64,000 nucleotides of DNA from Balanoglossus misakiensis (taxonomy: Eukaryota; Animalia; Hemichordata): NCBI GenBank assembly GCA_040954595.2, contig CM082587.2, forward strand, positions 6,871,705 through 6,935,704, written 5' to 3'. Positions 1 through 12,180 of the stretch are shown piece after piece; within the stretch, counting starts at the first letter, position 1; each line of letters starts with the position of its first letter. A model generated the notes under the pieces. That model saw only the letters and a list, made by a program, of their open reading frames with translations, did not search any database and was not told the DNA's origin. The position numbers and the translations under genes were made by a program.

Positions 1-136
1 CAGTTACAACGGAAAGCTGAGATCATTAACCCCTGTTCATTCCAGCTTTGCTTAGCAGCCATGTCTTATCTACAGATGAAGTTTCCGATGCATATAGTTC
101 ATCTGATGCATACCGGTATACACTGTTTAGTTCATC

Positions 137-168
137 CATGGAGGTACACTAATTTTAGTACCTCCATG
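137..168. mobile_element. 32-bp palindromic micro-element with 7-bp TSD (P-superfamily-like termini)
   Basis: CATGGAGGTAC-10 nt-GTACCTCCATG flanked by direct repeat GTTCATC (130-136 and 169-175). Confidence 0.55.
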
Positions 169-260
169 GTTCATCTAATGTACCCATAAACTGCATCATT
201 GTAATAATGTAAAGAACCTTTATGCAATATATGGTTGACACTTTCGTCCTTCCATTCTAG

Positions 261-3200
261 TTTCACCGGATGCATTCGCGACATCAGTTTGGCGGGCCAG
301 GTATTGAACTTGGGGACAGCCACGCTGTACACGCAGCTGGATCCGCTGTTTGCTGTGCCGGGATGTCCAAGGGAAGTGCTGTGTTATCAACAGCCGTGTC
401 GAAACGATGCCGAGTGCCAGGGAGCCTGGAATGACTATTCATGCACATGTTCTCCGGACTTTACTGGAGTCGACTGCTCAGAAGGTAGGAAGATTAAATA
501 TGCTGGCATTATCTCAGAAAGGAAAAAAAAACAGTCGGATTGTTCTCTGCAGATATTCAGTTATATTCACTGGAATTGAATCATTGAGGAGAAACGCTGT
601 AAATTTGATTCCCCCCAAGAAGTTAACTGTGACATTCTTATATCCAATTCAAAGACAAAACACATGCCATGCAAAGGCCTTAATTAATATGTGATAGATT
701 GCATGCTTTTGTGGAACTTTACCTCAGGCGCTCAAGGAAATGTTCCATGTTTGAATTTTGCATGTGGCGATGTGTGTACTGTAACATTGATGCAGAATTT
801 CCAGGACTTTGACCCAAACATATGGACACTTAACGCACCCCTAACCCTAAGCACTGCAGGGTGCACTGGGTTTATATTGTCCAGGTATACAGTCACCTCC
901 AATTTACATACGCCCATATATGGCTGAAATGGCGTATTTGGGCATTCTAAAGAACATATGGTAGCGCTCTTTTTCACGTGTGCCACCCACTGAAAATCCG
1001 TGATTGGCTAGATCTCATTTTGCCATGGTAACTATAGCTATAATTTTCAATGGGTGACCATATACCTTAACCCTCCCATTACAGTGATCACTGATTTTTT
1101 CCATTGATGAAATCCTGTGTTTCTGTCCACAGTCAAGGGCAGCAGCTACAACGGCGTCGACAGTAACCTCAACGTGATTCTGGACACGACTCTGGTCAGC
1201 TTTGGCGATCACTTCTCGTTCGACTTCCGCACCAGAGACGGCGATGCCATCGTCATTCGCGTCGACCTCTTCTCCGCCAGCGTTACCGGCGTCATGTCGT
1301 ACTTCCTGTTCAGAATCACAAACAGTCAGCCCGTGCTGGAAGTCAACTTTGGCCAAGGTACGAAGCAGTTTTTTTTATGATTTTCAGACAAACATTCTTA
1401 TTATTCTCAGCTAAGCTATCATAAGGCCAATTTTAATGGTGAGATGCATATATTTGGATTTGATTTGGGATTTTAGTTGAAATCAAATGCCAAGATCTGC
1501 TTGGACGAAACAATTCTGAAAGGTTGAACTTGTATGTTTTGTTTGATTTTGTCTTGATTTGACACTGAGAATGTATAATTCCATCCTATCCTATCCCACT
1601 AAATATTTTCTGGATTCCAATGCAGGTAGCGAATATCTGAACATTCCGGAGTTTGTTACGTTGGGTGAATGGATGACTGTGGCATGGACCAGACAGCGGG
1701 ATAAAGTCACCTTGACTTTCCGTGGATCTCAGTACGAGCTGACTGGGAATTATCCGATGTACCAATCGGAGAGGAATGATATCGTCAATGTTTATCTGGG
1801 CGCTTATCCTGGAGGTAAAACTTAAATTTATCCTTTTGTGAGGATGGAGGTTGTGTGTGGATGCGTGTATCTGTTGATCTGATGATTCAGTCCCTGGATC
1901 ATTTCTAAATCCAATATGTGGATTTTAAATAGAACCCTTAGATTTTATCTACATGTATCAGAATGGCAGTAGATCACCTTTGGTCTTTGTGAATGAAATA
2001 GGAAAACTGGCCAGTAAATGTCTCAGTAAATAGAACAGCGTCAATAATTTACTTTGTGAAATAAACTAAAATCTCTCATTTCAAAAGATAGACAGTTAGT
2101 GAAATAGGTTAGATGTACATGTATGGTCTCATCTCAAGTTTAAAGTAGTGTGTCTGTATATGGTTAAAATGGTCATGGTATACATACATGTAAGTACACA
2201 TAAATAGAAAACATGTTTCCTCGATTACTTTTAAACATGCTTCAAAATCAAAACAAATAGTGAAGAAATCGTGATGCATAATTCCATTTTCACTTTCTAG
2301 GTTCAGCATCAGTAGATTATCTGAAGGGATGTGTGAGGGACATCCAGTTTAATACTCAGCCAATCAGATACTTAGACGACGCCACCAGATCGCCTGGAGT
2401 AACCGTCCTACCAACAAACATGGCGGATGGTTGTGATGGCGATGATGTCTGCGCCAGCAATCCCTGCCCGCCCAACGCCGACTGTAACGATTTGTGGAAT
2501 TATTATGTCTGTACCTGCAAGGACGGCTGGCAGGGTGAATTCTGTCAGGATAGTGTTGATGAATGCATAGGTGAGTGTGTTTGTATTCCTTTCGCTGGTA
2601 CGTTCCATGCTATACGCCTGAATTTTAAGGGGATTGTTGTTGTCGTAATGCATGTCTCTTTCAGAAAAAAATAAATAGCATTGTGGCAATTCTAGTCTAA
2701 TCTTCGTGCAATATAATGCAGGGTTTGACAACACTCTAAGATCTACAAATTGGTACTGAAGATAATATGTCTCCTTCATTGGATGCAGAGCGAAATCTGG
2801 TCTTGCGTCTGTTGGAAGGAGAGACAGGCATCTTTGAAAGCTTGTGCTTGAGTGTCAACTAGTTGATCTCAGATTGATGTCAAACCCTAGTTTATATAGC
2901 AAAAAAAAACAAAGACTCAGTGTTTTAATTTGTTCTTTCTTACAGGAAATCAGTGTTTGAATAATGCCACCTGCGTTGATGGTCACTTGGACTACGTCTG
3001 TGCCTGTAGCAGCGGATTCAGTGGTCAGTTCTGTCAGGACATCGTCAACAGGTGTACCGAGAAACCATGCCAGGAAGATAACACGCTCAGCTGTACGCTG
3101 CTCTTCCCGGAAGACTACGTCTGCCGGTGTAAGACCGGATTCGCCGGGAAGAACTGCGAGATCGACGTGATTTGTTTCTCGCAGCCGTGCCAGAATGGGG

Positions 3201-5425
3201 GTACGTGCGTGCGGAACGATGCCGGTACGGCGTACACGTGTTCGTGCCCGGCCTTCTACGAGGGATACAACTGCGAGGCGTACAATCCGTGCTTTATACA
3301 TCAGTGCCAGAACGACGCGTTGTGTGTGGCCAACGGTACGCAGTATCACTGCGAGTGCACTGAGGGGCATTGGGGAATGTTCTGCAACGATGTCGACCAC
3401 TGTGTGTCCGATCCGTGCCTGAACTCGGGCGTCTGCGTCCCCCTGCCCGACGGCTACCAGTGCCGGTGCCTTCCGTATTATTACGGCGACGCCTGCGAGA
3501 CGCCCCGGGATCTGTGCGACGAGAACCGGTGCCTCAACGACGGCGTGTGCTTCCACAACACCTCCCGGCCCGAGACCGACTTCGCCTGCCTCTGTCCCGA
3601 CGGCCGAGACGGCGAGCTGTGCGAGATCGACGTCGACGAGTGCCTGTCGCAGCCATGTCAGAACGCCGGCGCGTGCGTGGAGAGCGGAACGACGGCCGGC
3701 GGCTCGTTTTATCCCGGTTACCAGTGTCGGTGCCTCGGCGGCTACGCGGGGATCAACTGCGAGATCGACGTCGACGAGTGCGCCAGCGGCCCCTGCCAGA
3801 ACGGGGCCAGGTGCGACGACTACGTCGACTACTACACCTGCGTCTGCCTGCCGTACTACGCGGGCGCGAACTGCGAACTGGACATGAGAACGTGCGATCT
3901 GAATCTCTGCACGAACGGCGCCACCTGCTCGGACGACGGCGTGGGACGGGGCTTCACCTGTGCGTGCCCCGAGGGATTCGGTGGCGAGTTCTGTCAGAAC
4001 TTCATCAATTCGTGCGCCGAACGTCCGTGTAAGAACGGTGGACAGTGTAGTTACATCCACGACTGCGAGTGCGTCGTTTATCCCGACGCTATACTTGCCT
4101 GTGCCGAGAATGCCATATGCGAGCGGGCGAATTGCCCGGTGGGGTGCCGACTCAGGTACCCTCCCGAACGTACGTACGAGTGCGATTGCCCCATCAACTA
4201 CACTGGACCGACGTGTGAGGAAGACTTCAATGAGTGTTCTATGGACCCTCCAGTGTGCGAGAATGGCGGAGTCTGTAGCAACTCCCCGCCTGGTTCCTAC
4301 ACGTGCACTTGCGACACGACCGGCTACACCGGTCGAAACTGCACGGAAAATGTGGATGAATGTAGCCTTGGCAACAATCCGTGCGTCGCTGGAACATGCG
4401 TGGACACCACGGGTGGATTCCTGTGCATATGCAACAGCGGATACACCGGCGAGAGGTGCGATTCTAACATCGACGAATGCATTGATAACCCGTGTCTTAA
4501 CGGCGGGAGGTGCGTCGACGTCTTCGGGTCGTACGAGTGCGACTGCGCCGACACGGGCTACAGAGGAGCCCGCTGCGAAGACGATCTAGACGAATGCACC
4601 GACTCCGACGTGCCCAACCCGTGCGTCTACGGCTCGTGCGAGAACACCGTGGGCAACTACACCTGCGTGTGCCCGGTGGGCGCGGCCGGCCGCCACTGCG
4701 AGATCCGACTCGACCAGTGCCAGGACAACAACCCGTGCCTGAACAACGGCACCTGCGAGAGCCAGCTCGTGCTGGGCCCCCGGTGTAACTGCAGCGGCAC
4801 GGGGTACGGGGGCGAATTCTGCGGCGACAACGTCAACGAATGCACGGCTCAGACCCACCAGTGTCACAATGGCGGAGAGTGTGAAGATATCCCGGGAAGC
4901 TATCTATGCAGATGCAGCTTTTCATACAGAGGTAGAGCATTGACCAAATTTTGTCATTTTCTTTCACACAGTTTCATTCAGCCATAATTTAGCCAAAAAT
5001 AATTGCTGGAAACCAATTATATTCATTGGCAAGTGGAAAAATGAAACCAACCTTTGCTTTCAGCCGAAATAATTACAGTGAAAATTACATAATCTTCAAA
5101 CTACATGTATGTGATAATTTAAGCCTGCATGTAAACCTACAGGCTACAATGACTGCTGAAGGATATTAACAATACATTTATTTTTGTTTTGGTTCCAGGT
5201 GATTTTTGTGAAATAGCCGCCCAAACGAGCACGTCGCCCGTGGTCTACATAATCCCCATTCTGATCATACTGATCATTTTGCTGATACTGCTGCTGTATG
5301 CCTGGTGGTACGTCCGGAAGACGAGGAAAATGAAAGGCAAATACAACCCGGCCAAAGTTGAACTGGAAACCGGGACGCCGTTGTCCAATATGTTGGATGC
5401 GGACACCGGCGAGAGACTCATATGA
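261..5425 (+). CDS. crb: Crumbs-family transmembrane protein (3' part; 5' exons lie upstream of the window)
   Basis: GT-AG exons join in frame: 261-484, 1133-1357, 1626-1814, 2301-2570, 2946-4931, 5199-5425. They encode a LamG end (FTGCIRDI), EGF, LamG (..YLKGCVRDIQFN), 17 EGF repeats, TM helix (VVYIIPILIILIILLILLLYAWWYV) and a short tail with a FERM-binding-like GKYNP and the C-terminal PDZ motif ERLI, which is characteristic of Crumbs. Confidence 0.9.
923..1020 (+). repeat. Dispersed repeat fragment (copy at about 21030-21130, partial near 31965-32075)
   Basis: GCTGAAATGGCGTATTTGGGCATTCTAAAGAAC...GTGTGCCACCCACTGAAAATCCGTGATTGGCTAGATCTCA recurs with substitutions at 21030-21128. Confidence 0.6.
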
Positions 5426-6090
5426 GCGATGAGATCCAGTGACGAGTTTAGAAACTGATTCAGGATCTGTAGTGAACCGCGACATCAGTCTGTTGAATTT
5501 CTTAACATGGAATGGTCTGGAGACTTATACCCACAAATTTAAAACTGGAGTTCGTGTCTAGGTACCATTGACAGATTTATGAACATGGTACTCGGGTCTG
5601 GGATGACACAGAAACCATCTGTGTGATTGATTACACAGGTGTTTATATGGCAGTATTATTGGATCAAACCTGAAAGCCATTATGGCAGTTTTAATGGCCA
5701 AAGACAGTGACAGGACACTTTTTGTAGTACGCTTACCTCCATCAAATGACAGACAAGCAATTACCTTGGGGTAATATTTATGATGAATTCTTAAATATTT
5801 GTGTTAATAGGGAGATGTAAAGGAACAACTCTCAGCCTACTGTAAAACTTTAACATACTACCCGTCAAAATACATTTATTAATGAAGTAAATGTATATTC
5901 CAGATTTATGCACAGAATCATGGACTTCCATTGTTTAACCTAAATTGTGACAAAATTTCGATCTGGCCAAAAGAAAGATCCAATTTTTTTCCAATATGGT
6001 GCTGTTGTGCCCCAACTTGTCCAGGGGTATACTGTACCTGCTGGTATGGAGCGTGGGTTTGAAAAAAATCTAATGACTGATTCTTTAAGT

Positions 6091-6178
6091 TTAACCCTCT
6101 TACCTCCATGGTCCAGTCCAAATCCATTGTTTTCTATATGGAAAGGTTTAACCCTCTATAGAGGGTTGAAAGGGTTAG
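6091..6178 (+). mobile_element. ~90-bp piggyBac-like MITE (copies at about 35375-35470, 37521-37609, and 38580-38666 on minus)
   Basis: TTAACCC... start, shared core CCAAAnCCATTGTTTTCTAT, ...GAAAGGGTTA end; four diverged copies. Confidence 0.5.
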
Positions 6179-9100
6179 GGTATAAATTGATCACCTTCCA
6201 TACAAATGCATCATTCACATGGAAATATTCAATGACATTTTCCTGCTTCTGCAAGAGGTCTACAAGAGAAAGACCCACCCACATATCATTACAACACCTT
6301 AAGTCTTCAAGAAACGAAGAAACAAATGTCTGTGCCAAGCATTTTCTCAGAACATTCCTTGTAAGTTAAAAAAATCTGGAATGTCGGTTTTAGATCAAAA
6401 TTTCCAGGATTACAATATGGAGACCTTGTTTGTATATATTGTATCATTCAGGATATCGGCTGAATTTATTTTCTTATTTTCTATATTTATGACAAAGCAT
6501 ATTCTATAAAGAAAATTTTGTCTTGAACAATCCTGGATCTTTTGGCTAGATATTTCATATGTATTGTCTACAAGAGCTAAAGATTCTTCTAACTTTAACT
6601 GTGGATGTGTATGTTTCTTATAAATATTGAACGTTTTTAGACCTATTTTTTTTTCAGTAACTCACTTTGGTATAAAAAAAGACTGTACAAAGAAATGATG
6701 GATATCATTCCAAATGTTGTAATATATAGATCATGTATTGAACATAATTTCTGACAAAATCTCTACTAAGTTTGATAAGTACAAAAATCATGCATCGTTG
6801 CAACTAATAAATGTAAACTTTGAATTAATACTGTAACCTTTGAACTGTGAACTGTGAAAGCAATCATGATGAGAAGAAAAGCAATAATATTCATGGGCAC
6901 TTCTAAACCCTATCAAGAATTCAGTCTTTACGTGTGCCCCACTTTCTGTAGGGCGTCTCCGAACATAATTTTAATCGTAGAAGTGTGATTGGAATTTGAA
7001 GATACGGGCTGAGTATCTTTTGAGTCAGGTGTACGTCGTTGGGATATGCACTAAAATCTTTTATCAATGGGATACCTAATTTGTTACTGGTTGGCTGTTG
7101 TCTGTTTATTCAGTTGTCTGTTCGATTTTTGATGCAGGCAGTCAGCTGTGTACAGAATCCGTCCTGTACTTTACATACAGCATTTCCTATTCATTGTGAT
7201 TTATGTGCATAGTTATGTTAAAGGCCCAATAGCTCCTCAGATTTTGGAGGAAAGTTGTCAGGTATTATGTACCTAATAGCCCCTTTTAGCAGTTATCTAT
7301 GGCTACCATGACACAAGCTTTGATTGAATCTTTCATCTAATTACTAACAAACTCTATGATCTGACATCGGCTATGTTGTCTGTAACATTGATTGTTGTAT
7401 TAAATGGTGACAGAGAGATGGGTAGATTTTTGTCAAAGCTACACATTGTCACCTGGCAACCACAACTCAAAATTGAATGGTAGTGAATACAGATGTCAAA
7501 TCCCCCCAGAACTTCAAGATTACAAGAATACGGTCTGGATTATATTTCAGTTCAAGACATTCTAAATCTGTAGAAGTCCCTTTAAGTTTTTAAGTCATTG
7601 TCACCTGCTTGTATTGTTGAATAATCTTATTAACTGATCTGAAACATTCATCATGCATGCAGATACGTGACAATTCATTTTCCTAATTCCTGATCTTTTT
7701 TTTCATCTAAATATTTATGCATTTTTCTAAACTATAATGCGCATATTTATGCATTTTTCTAAACTATATTTAATGCGCCTTTTATTAACCAAGTTTTGCT
7801 AGCTTTGTTTTTACTTATTTATATATGAACTTTCTCAAGAGTTCGAATTCCAATAAATTGTGTTCTTCAACAAGCCACGTTATATGTTAAAATTTAAAAT
7901 TTTTAGGGGATGAAGAAGTCTCAAGAACAGAATGAGTTAATAGTGTGTGAATGTATGATATGAAAAGGCCTCCCCAAATGATTATCATCAGAAAATTTAG
8001 TCATGGTCATGTTGAAATTCCGGCCAAAAACCTTAGCAATATTCAGCTGTACATCAACAGTAGACATTTCCCTTCAGAAAGCATGTTCCTATTTTGCTGT
8101 CAGCACACATTCTGATTGTTGGCCAGCAAAAACAAAAAAATGCTACTCGCCTTATGTATGAGGGCGCACTCCAGAAAATCAACCATACCATTTTGTCTTT
8201 TTTCTTCACCTCCAGTATCCAGTCTCAACAGCTGATTTCAATCAGACAGACACAATCTACACATCATAGGTTTCAGGCAGTTCCATAGCCAATCCACCTC
8301 TTTAGACTAATTGAAGTGAAAAATGCACATTTCAAGCTTGGTTCTCAATGTGTAAAAGTAATCGCCTTCACTTCGACACTGCCAGTGAGTCAACAGGAAA
8401 CACTGCGATTGAATTCTTCCTCATAGGGAGAGAAAATTCACATACTACATACAAATAAATTTATTAAAATTTTATTAGACAGATGAAAAATTCATATACA
8501 TCAAAGAAGCAAAAAATAATCTGAGTTGATGGTCTCAAAACATTTCATGTGGAATTGATATGTATGTCTAAATCTGTAAGCCGTAATTAAATTACATCAA
8601 CCAATGCAGTCATTCCCCAAGTATTTATAGGGATATATATCTATAAGTTTTTCTTGTTTGTATATATGAAAATTTGAACATTACACATTTTTTGTACAGC
8701 AACCTGAGATTTGCTCAAATTTAAAAAAATATTTACACTTGTAAATGTTCAATGTAATTTTTGAGTTTAGGATATTACCGGTGCTGGACAATGCTTCATC
8801 ATCCAATAGGGGAATACCAGCATAGTAGAATTTTGTTTTTCCAATTGGAGGGTTTACAAATATTTAATCGGTGTCAGTGTGTACAATAGTTTGCATCCTA
8901 TTACCATACAACACAGGATGGGAACTTGTGAAGTGATTTTACCACTTTCTGATTTTTGGATGGTGAGATTTAAAGTCCTTGTAGGACAACTGGTATACAT
9001 ATATATGAAGTAAAACCGTACACCCTATCAAGTTTGGAAATCTTGTTTATACATGGAAAGCTATCTCTAAACACTTCTAAAGCTACTTGCAGGCAGTATG

Positions 9101-10095
9101 TAAACTTTTCAGCAATTCAGCGGAGTAAACATTTTTAGTCACTCAGTACCCTACCTGGGAAAGTATATGTATCTAGTAGCACACATATATAGTGACCCCC
9201 AAGTAATTATAGAATTATTGTACTGTTATGCAATTTAGATTTTACTTTATCTGAAATATTTTGGCAGTTAAAACTTTAAATGTTTTGAATTATTAATGTT
9301 TGGTAAGACTTTTGGCAAGGTAAAATGGCAATGGTTAAAAAGCAAGATGCTCCATAAAATCACATCAGAATGTCTTATACAGTTCTATTTGTCAAAGTGT
9401 CACAGGTGAGCAAATCCATTATTCCAAAGCTCATAGGTTCAGCAGTTTTTATGAATGAGATGGTAGTTTTGTCACTGCTAGCCAATGACCTGGTGGATCT
9501 GAAAATGAATTTGCTCACACCTGAGTTATTAAAATTAAAATAAGGTCTGTGATCTTTTGTAAATTTTTGACAACTGCATACAGTGAACATTGTTCATCCT
9601 TGCAGCTTACATGGTTTGGATGTCTGGTGGATCTGGGGAAAAGAACAATACATCAATGAATTATTTAGAAATAAACAGATTCATCTTTTCAGTGGAAAAA
9701 GACACTTCATCCCATTCCAGACTTGTCCTAGTTTGAATGGATCAAGATATCCACAAAAGAGAAAGAAATCGTATTCGGATAAGGCCCAGACCCAACCGAG
9801 AATGATCTTTTCATTTTGAATGTTGGAACTCAACTCTAAATAAACACTGCACATTTAAACTTTCTTTAATGTTGGAAAACTGCACGAAATAAAACACTTC
9901 ATTCAACAATAATAATAGTTTAATTTATGTAAAAAAACATACTCAACATTAGTCTACTACATGGACTTGTGTATGCCTACTTGTGTAAGACAGCTAGGGA
10001 AATTGAATACAGTCCAGTCTAATTGAATAACCAAACTGTTCTTTGTATCAGATCCCTCGGGTTATTTGCACAATCAACAGTCTACTCTTAGTCAA

Positions 10096-11158
10096 TCATG
10101 TACCTTGCACTGGCACAGGCCACTGCTTAAGTTGATGTGCTAGAACACTGCGACCAATAGTGCGCAACAACTGTACTCCAAGTTGTCTCCTCTTTTCACT
10201 GAAGCATCCCTTAACTCTCAGGGCCTTGAACAGATGTCTTGGGTGAGTCATCTGCTCACACTGACGGTCTGTCAGGACAGGAGGACGTATATCACCCACA
10301 GAACACATAGTTTTCATGGCATCGAACTCATCTATGGACAAGGTGAAAAAGGAAATATTAATGAGATAGATGGCACTTTTTAGAGGTTGAGGATGATTAA
10401 AAACATGTGCATGGTTAAAAAAAGATAATTGCTGGGTTCACATCTAGGCCCATGGCCGGGCAAAAAAAGATCCTGATGATTGTGACAAGATGAGCTAATC
10501 TTTAGTCCTCGTTCACATCATGTTTGGCACAGTTCTGGCACTAGGGTCGGCCACAGACAACCCCTTTCGACTGGAACACAAAATTGTCCAGACAATGGCC
10601 GGCCTGACCCGTTCACACCTGTTTTGTTACTCAGCCATGTACCTGGCTAGGACAAGGGCCTAGCCTTTTTTTAGTAATGTGAACGGCTTAATTATCATAC
10701 AGATTATAGAGATTATCAATGACACCCTGATCTGACAGGTTTGAAAAGCATACATTCGTTGGGTGGATTTTGTTATTATTTTATGTTAAGAGAAACAAAT
10801 AAGGCAATTAACTTGCACTGATATAAAAATACCAGCTTGGTTGAATAAAATTTCTCCATGAATTTCATTTCTGCACAACTACTGGAATGCAGTGTTGTTG
10901 TTTTTTCACTCATGTTGGTGGCAGCTAGAACATACTGACAATCAGCACAATAATGAAGTTCAGCACTCAAAGATAGTGTAAATTCCCTCTAACACAACAC
11001 ATGTTCACATGAAAATTACAAATTGTCTTACCATCGTTGATTTGGGCACAAATGGTTGTTATTACAAACGTCCAAAAGGGGCACAAGGAGTAATTGACTT
11101 CTCCAATTGTGTCAGCATCCATATTGTCTTCAGCAAGACTGAGTGCTCCACTGGACAT
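10096..11158 (-). CDS. Small death effector domain (DED)-like protein, about 120 aa
   Basis: Exons 11158-11032 (donor GATG/gtaag) and 10331-10096 (acceptor ccatag/) join in phase 1 to give ...FWTFVITTICAQINDDEFDAMKTMC...HPRHLFKALRVKGCFSEKRRQLGVQLLRTIGRSVLAHQLKQW, matching DED helix patterns (xxEFxxLKxxC, LFxxLxxxGxxS, LLxxIGRxxL). Possible alternative end spliced from 10104 to 9993-9977 (AVLHK*). Confidence 0.65.
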
Positions 11159-11522
11159 CTTAAGATTAGGACAGTGACTGTTTCACACTTTAAAAAAGCA
11201 TAATAATATATGCAATGTTTCATACAGGCTCCTCTAAGAGTTTAGAATCACATATGCAAGCTTTGTCCCACATGTGAGGTACGACCGCCTATCTTGACTA
11301 CGAGCGATTGCGGCATCTGCCATCTTTCAAGTGATTAGAGATATGAATACGGAGCGGTAATCAAGCGTACCCAGCTAGCATACAACATTTCCATTACTAA
11401 CACAAGTTAACAGCTTCTTGTTTATACTGTGCACGAGCAGAGAAGCCTCAGTGTTCTGGTTAGAATCGTATCAGTGAGAGAAAGTCAGAAGAGTTGACAG
11501 ACAACAAACTTATTCAGTTTCT

Positions 11523-11576
11523 TAGCTGCAATGATTGTAGCGGGTGCTGCTAGGTTGACTGGTGTGTTCGCAGCTA
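11523..11576. mobile_element. 54-bp mini derivative of the palindromic element at 43536-44091, perfect 9-bp TSD
   Basis: TAGCTGCAATGATTGTAGCGG...GTTGACTGGTG...GCAGCTA flanked by TCAGTTTCT (11514-11522 and 11577-11585). Confidence 0.75.
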
Positions 11577-12180
11577 TCAGTTTCTATGAGTATCATATAA
11601 TTATTACTAAACTTTCCCTGAATCTATACCTTGTGCTGGTAGTACATGTACTTTCATGATATACAATGTATGGTATTAATTTAATAATGTTTATGTGTAG
11701 TGTGGGGTGATATGTTTGAATTATCACGACAGCAAAGGTAAACTTGCAGTCTTTGGACTGAGCGCGCAAAGTGGGCGTGTCCATTATCACTCATTAAGTA
11801 TTCAAAAAGGCTGACTACGTTGTCGAGTGTCCGGAAAATTACGGTCGGAAACAGAAATTACAAGTAGAAGTGTCTCCAACACGAAAAAAATCCAGCGAGC
11901 TTAGCTTTTAAAAAAGAACTGGCATTAGTAAGTTCCTTACTCGCTGTGACAAATCCAAAAACCGACATGATTTTTTTACAAAAATTTACTCAGATAAAAC
12001 AACAACACTTGAATTTACCAGCCCCGCACTGCAAATTGCAGGGCGATGCCTATGGAACTGACCAAAATTTGACAGATCGTGGTTGCTAAAATGGTGCTGG
12101 TGCAATATTTGAACATATACAGCACGCAACGAAACCTGCCGATTCCCAGACGACTTTCTCTGACCAATAAACCTCAATTA

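Noticed and set aside
2855-4867. Long antisense and alternate-frame ORFs over the crumbs EGF exon (e.g. 401 aa)
   Set aside because: Shadows of GC3-rich coding sequence; no recognisable motifs.
2930-4987. Notch, fibropellin or Eyes shut identity for the EGF array
   Set aside because: No LNR/ankyrin or avidin domain; TM plus ERLI tail indicates Crumbs.
7710-7780. Short tandem duplication; also poly-G at 17918-17942 and (TG)n at 47957-47979
   Set aside because: Ordinary slippage repeats.
10430-10690. Possible Harbinger-like MITE (GTTCACA repeats) in the DED gene intron
   Set aside because: Termini too degenerate and no convincing TSD.
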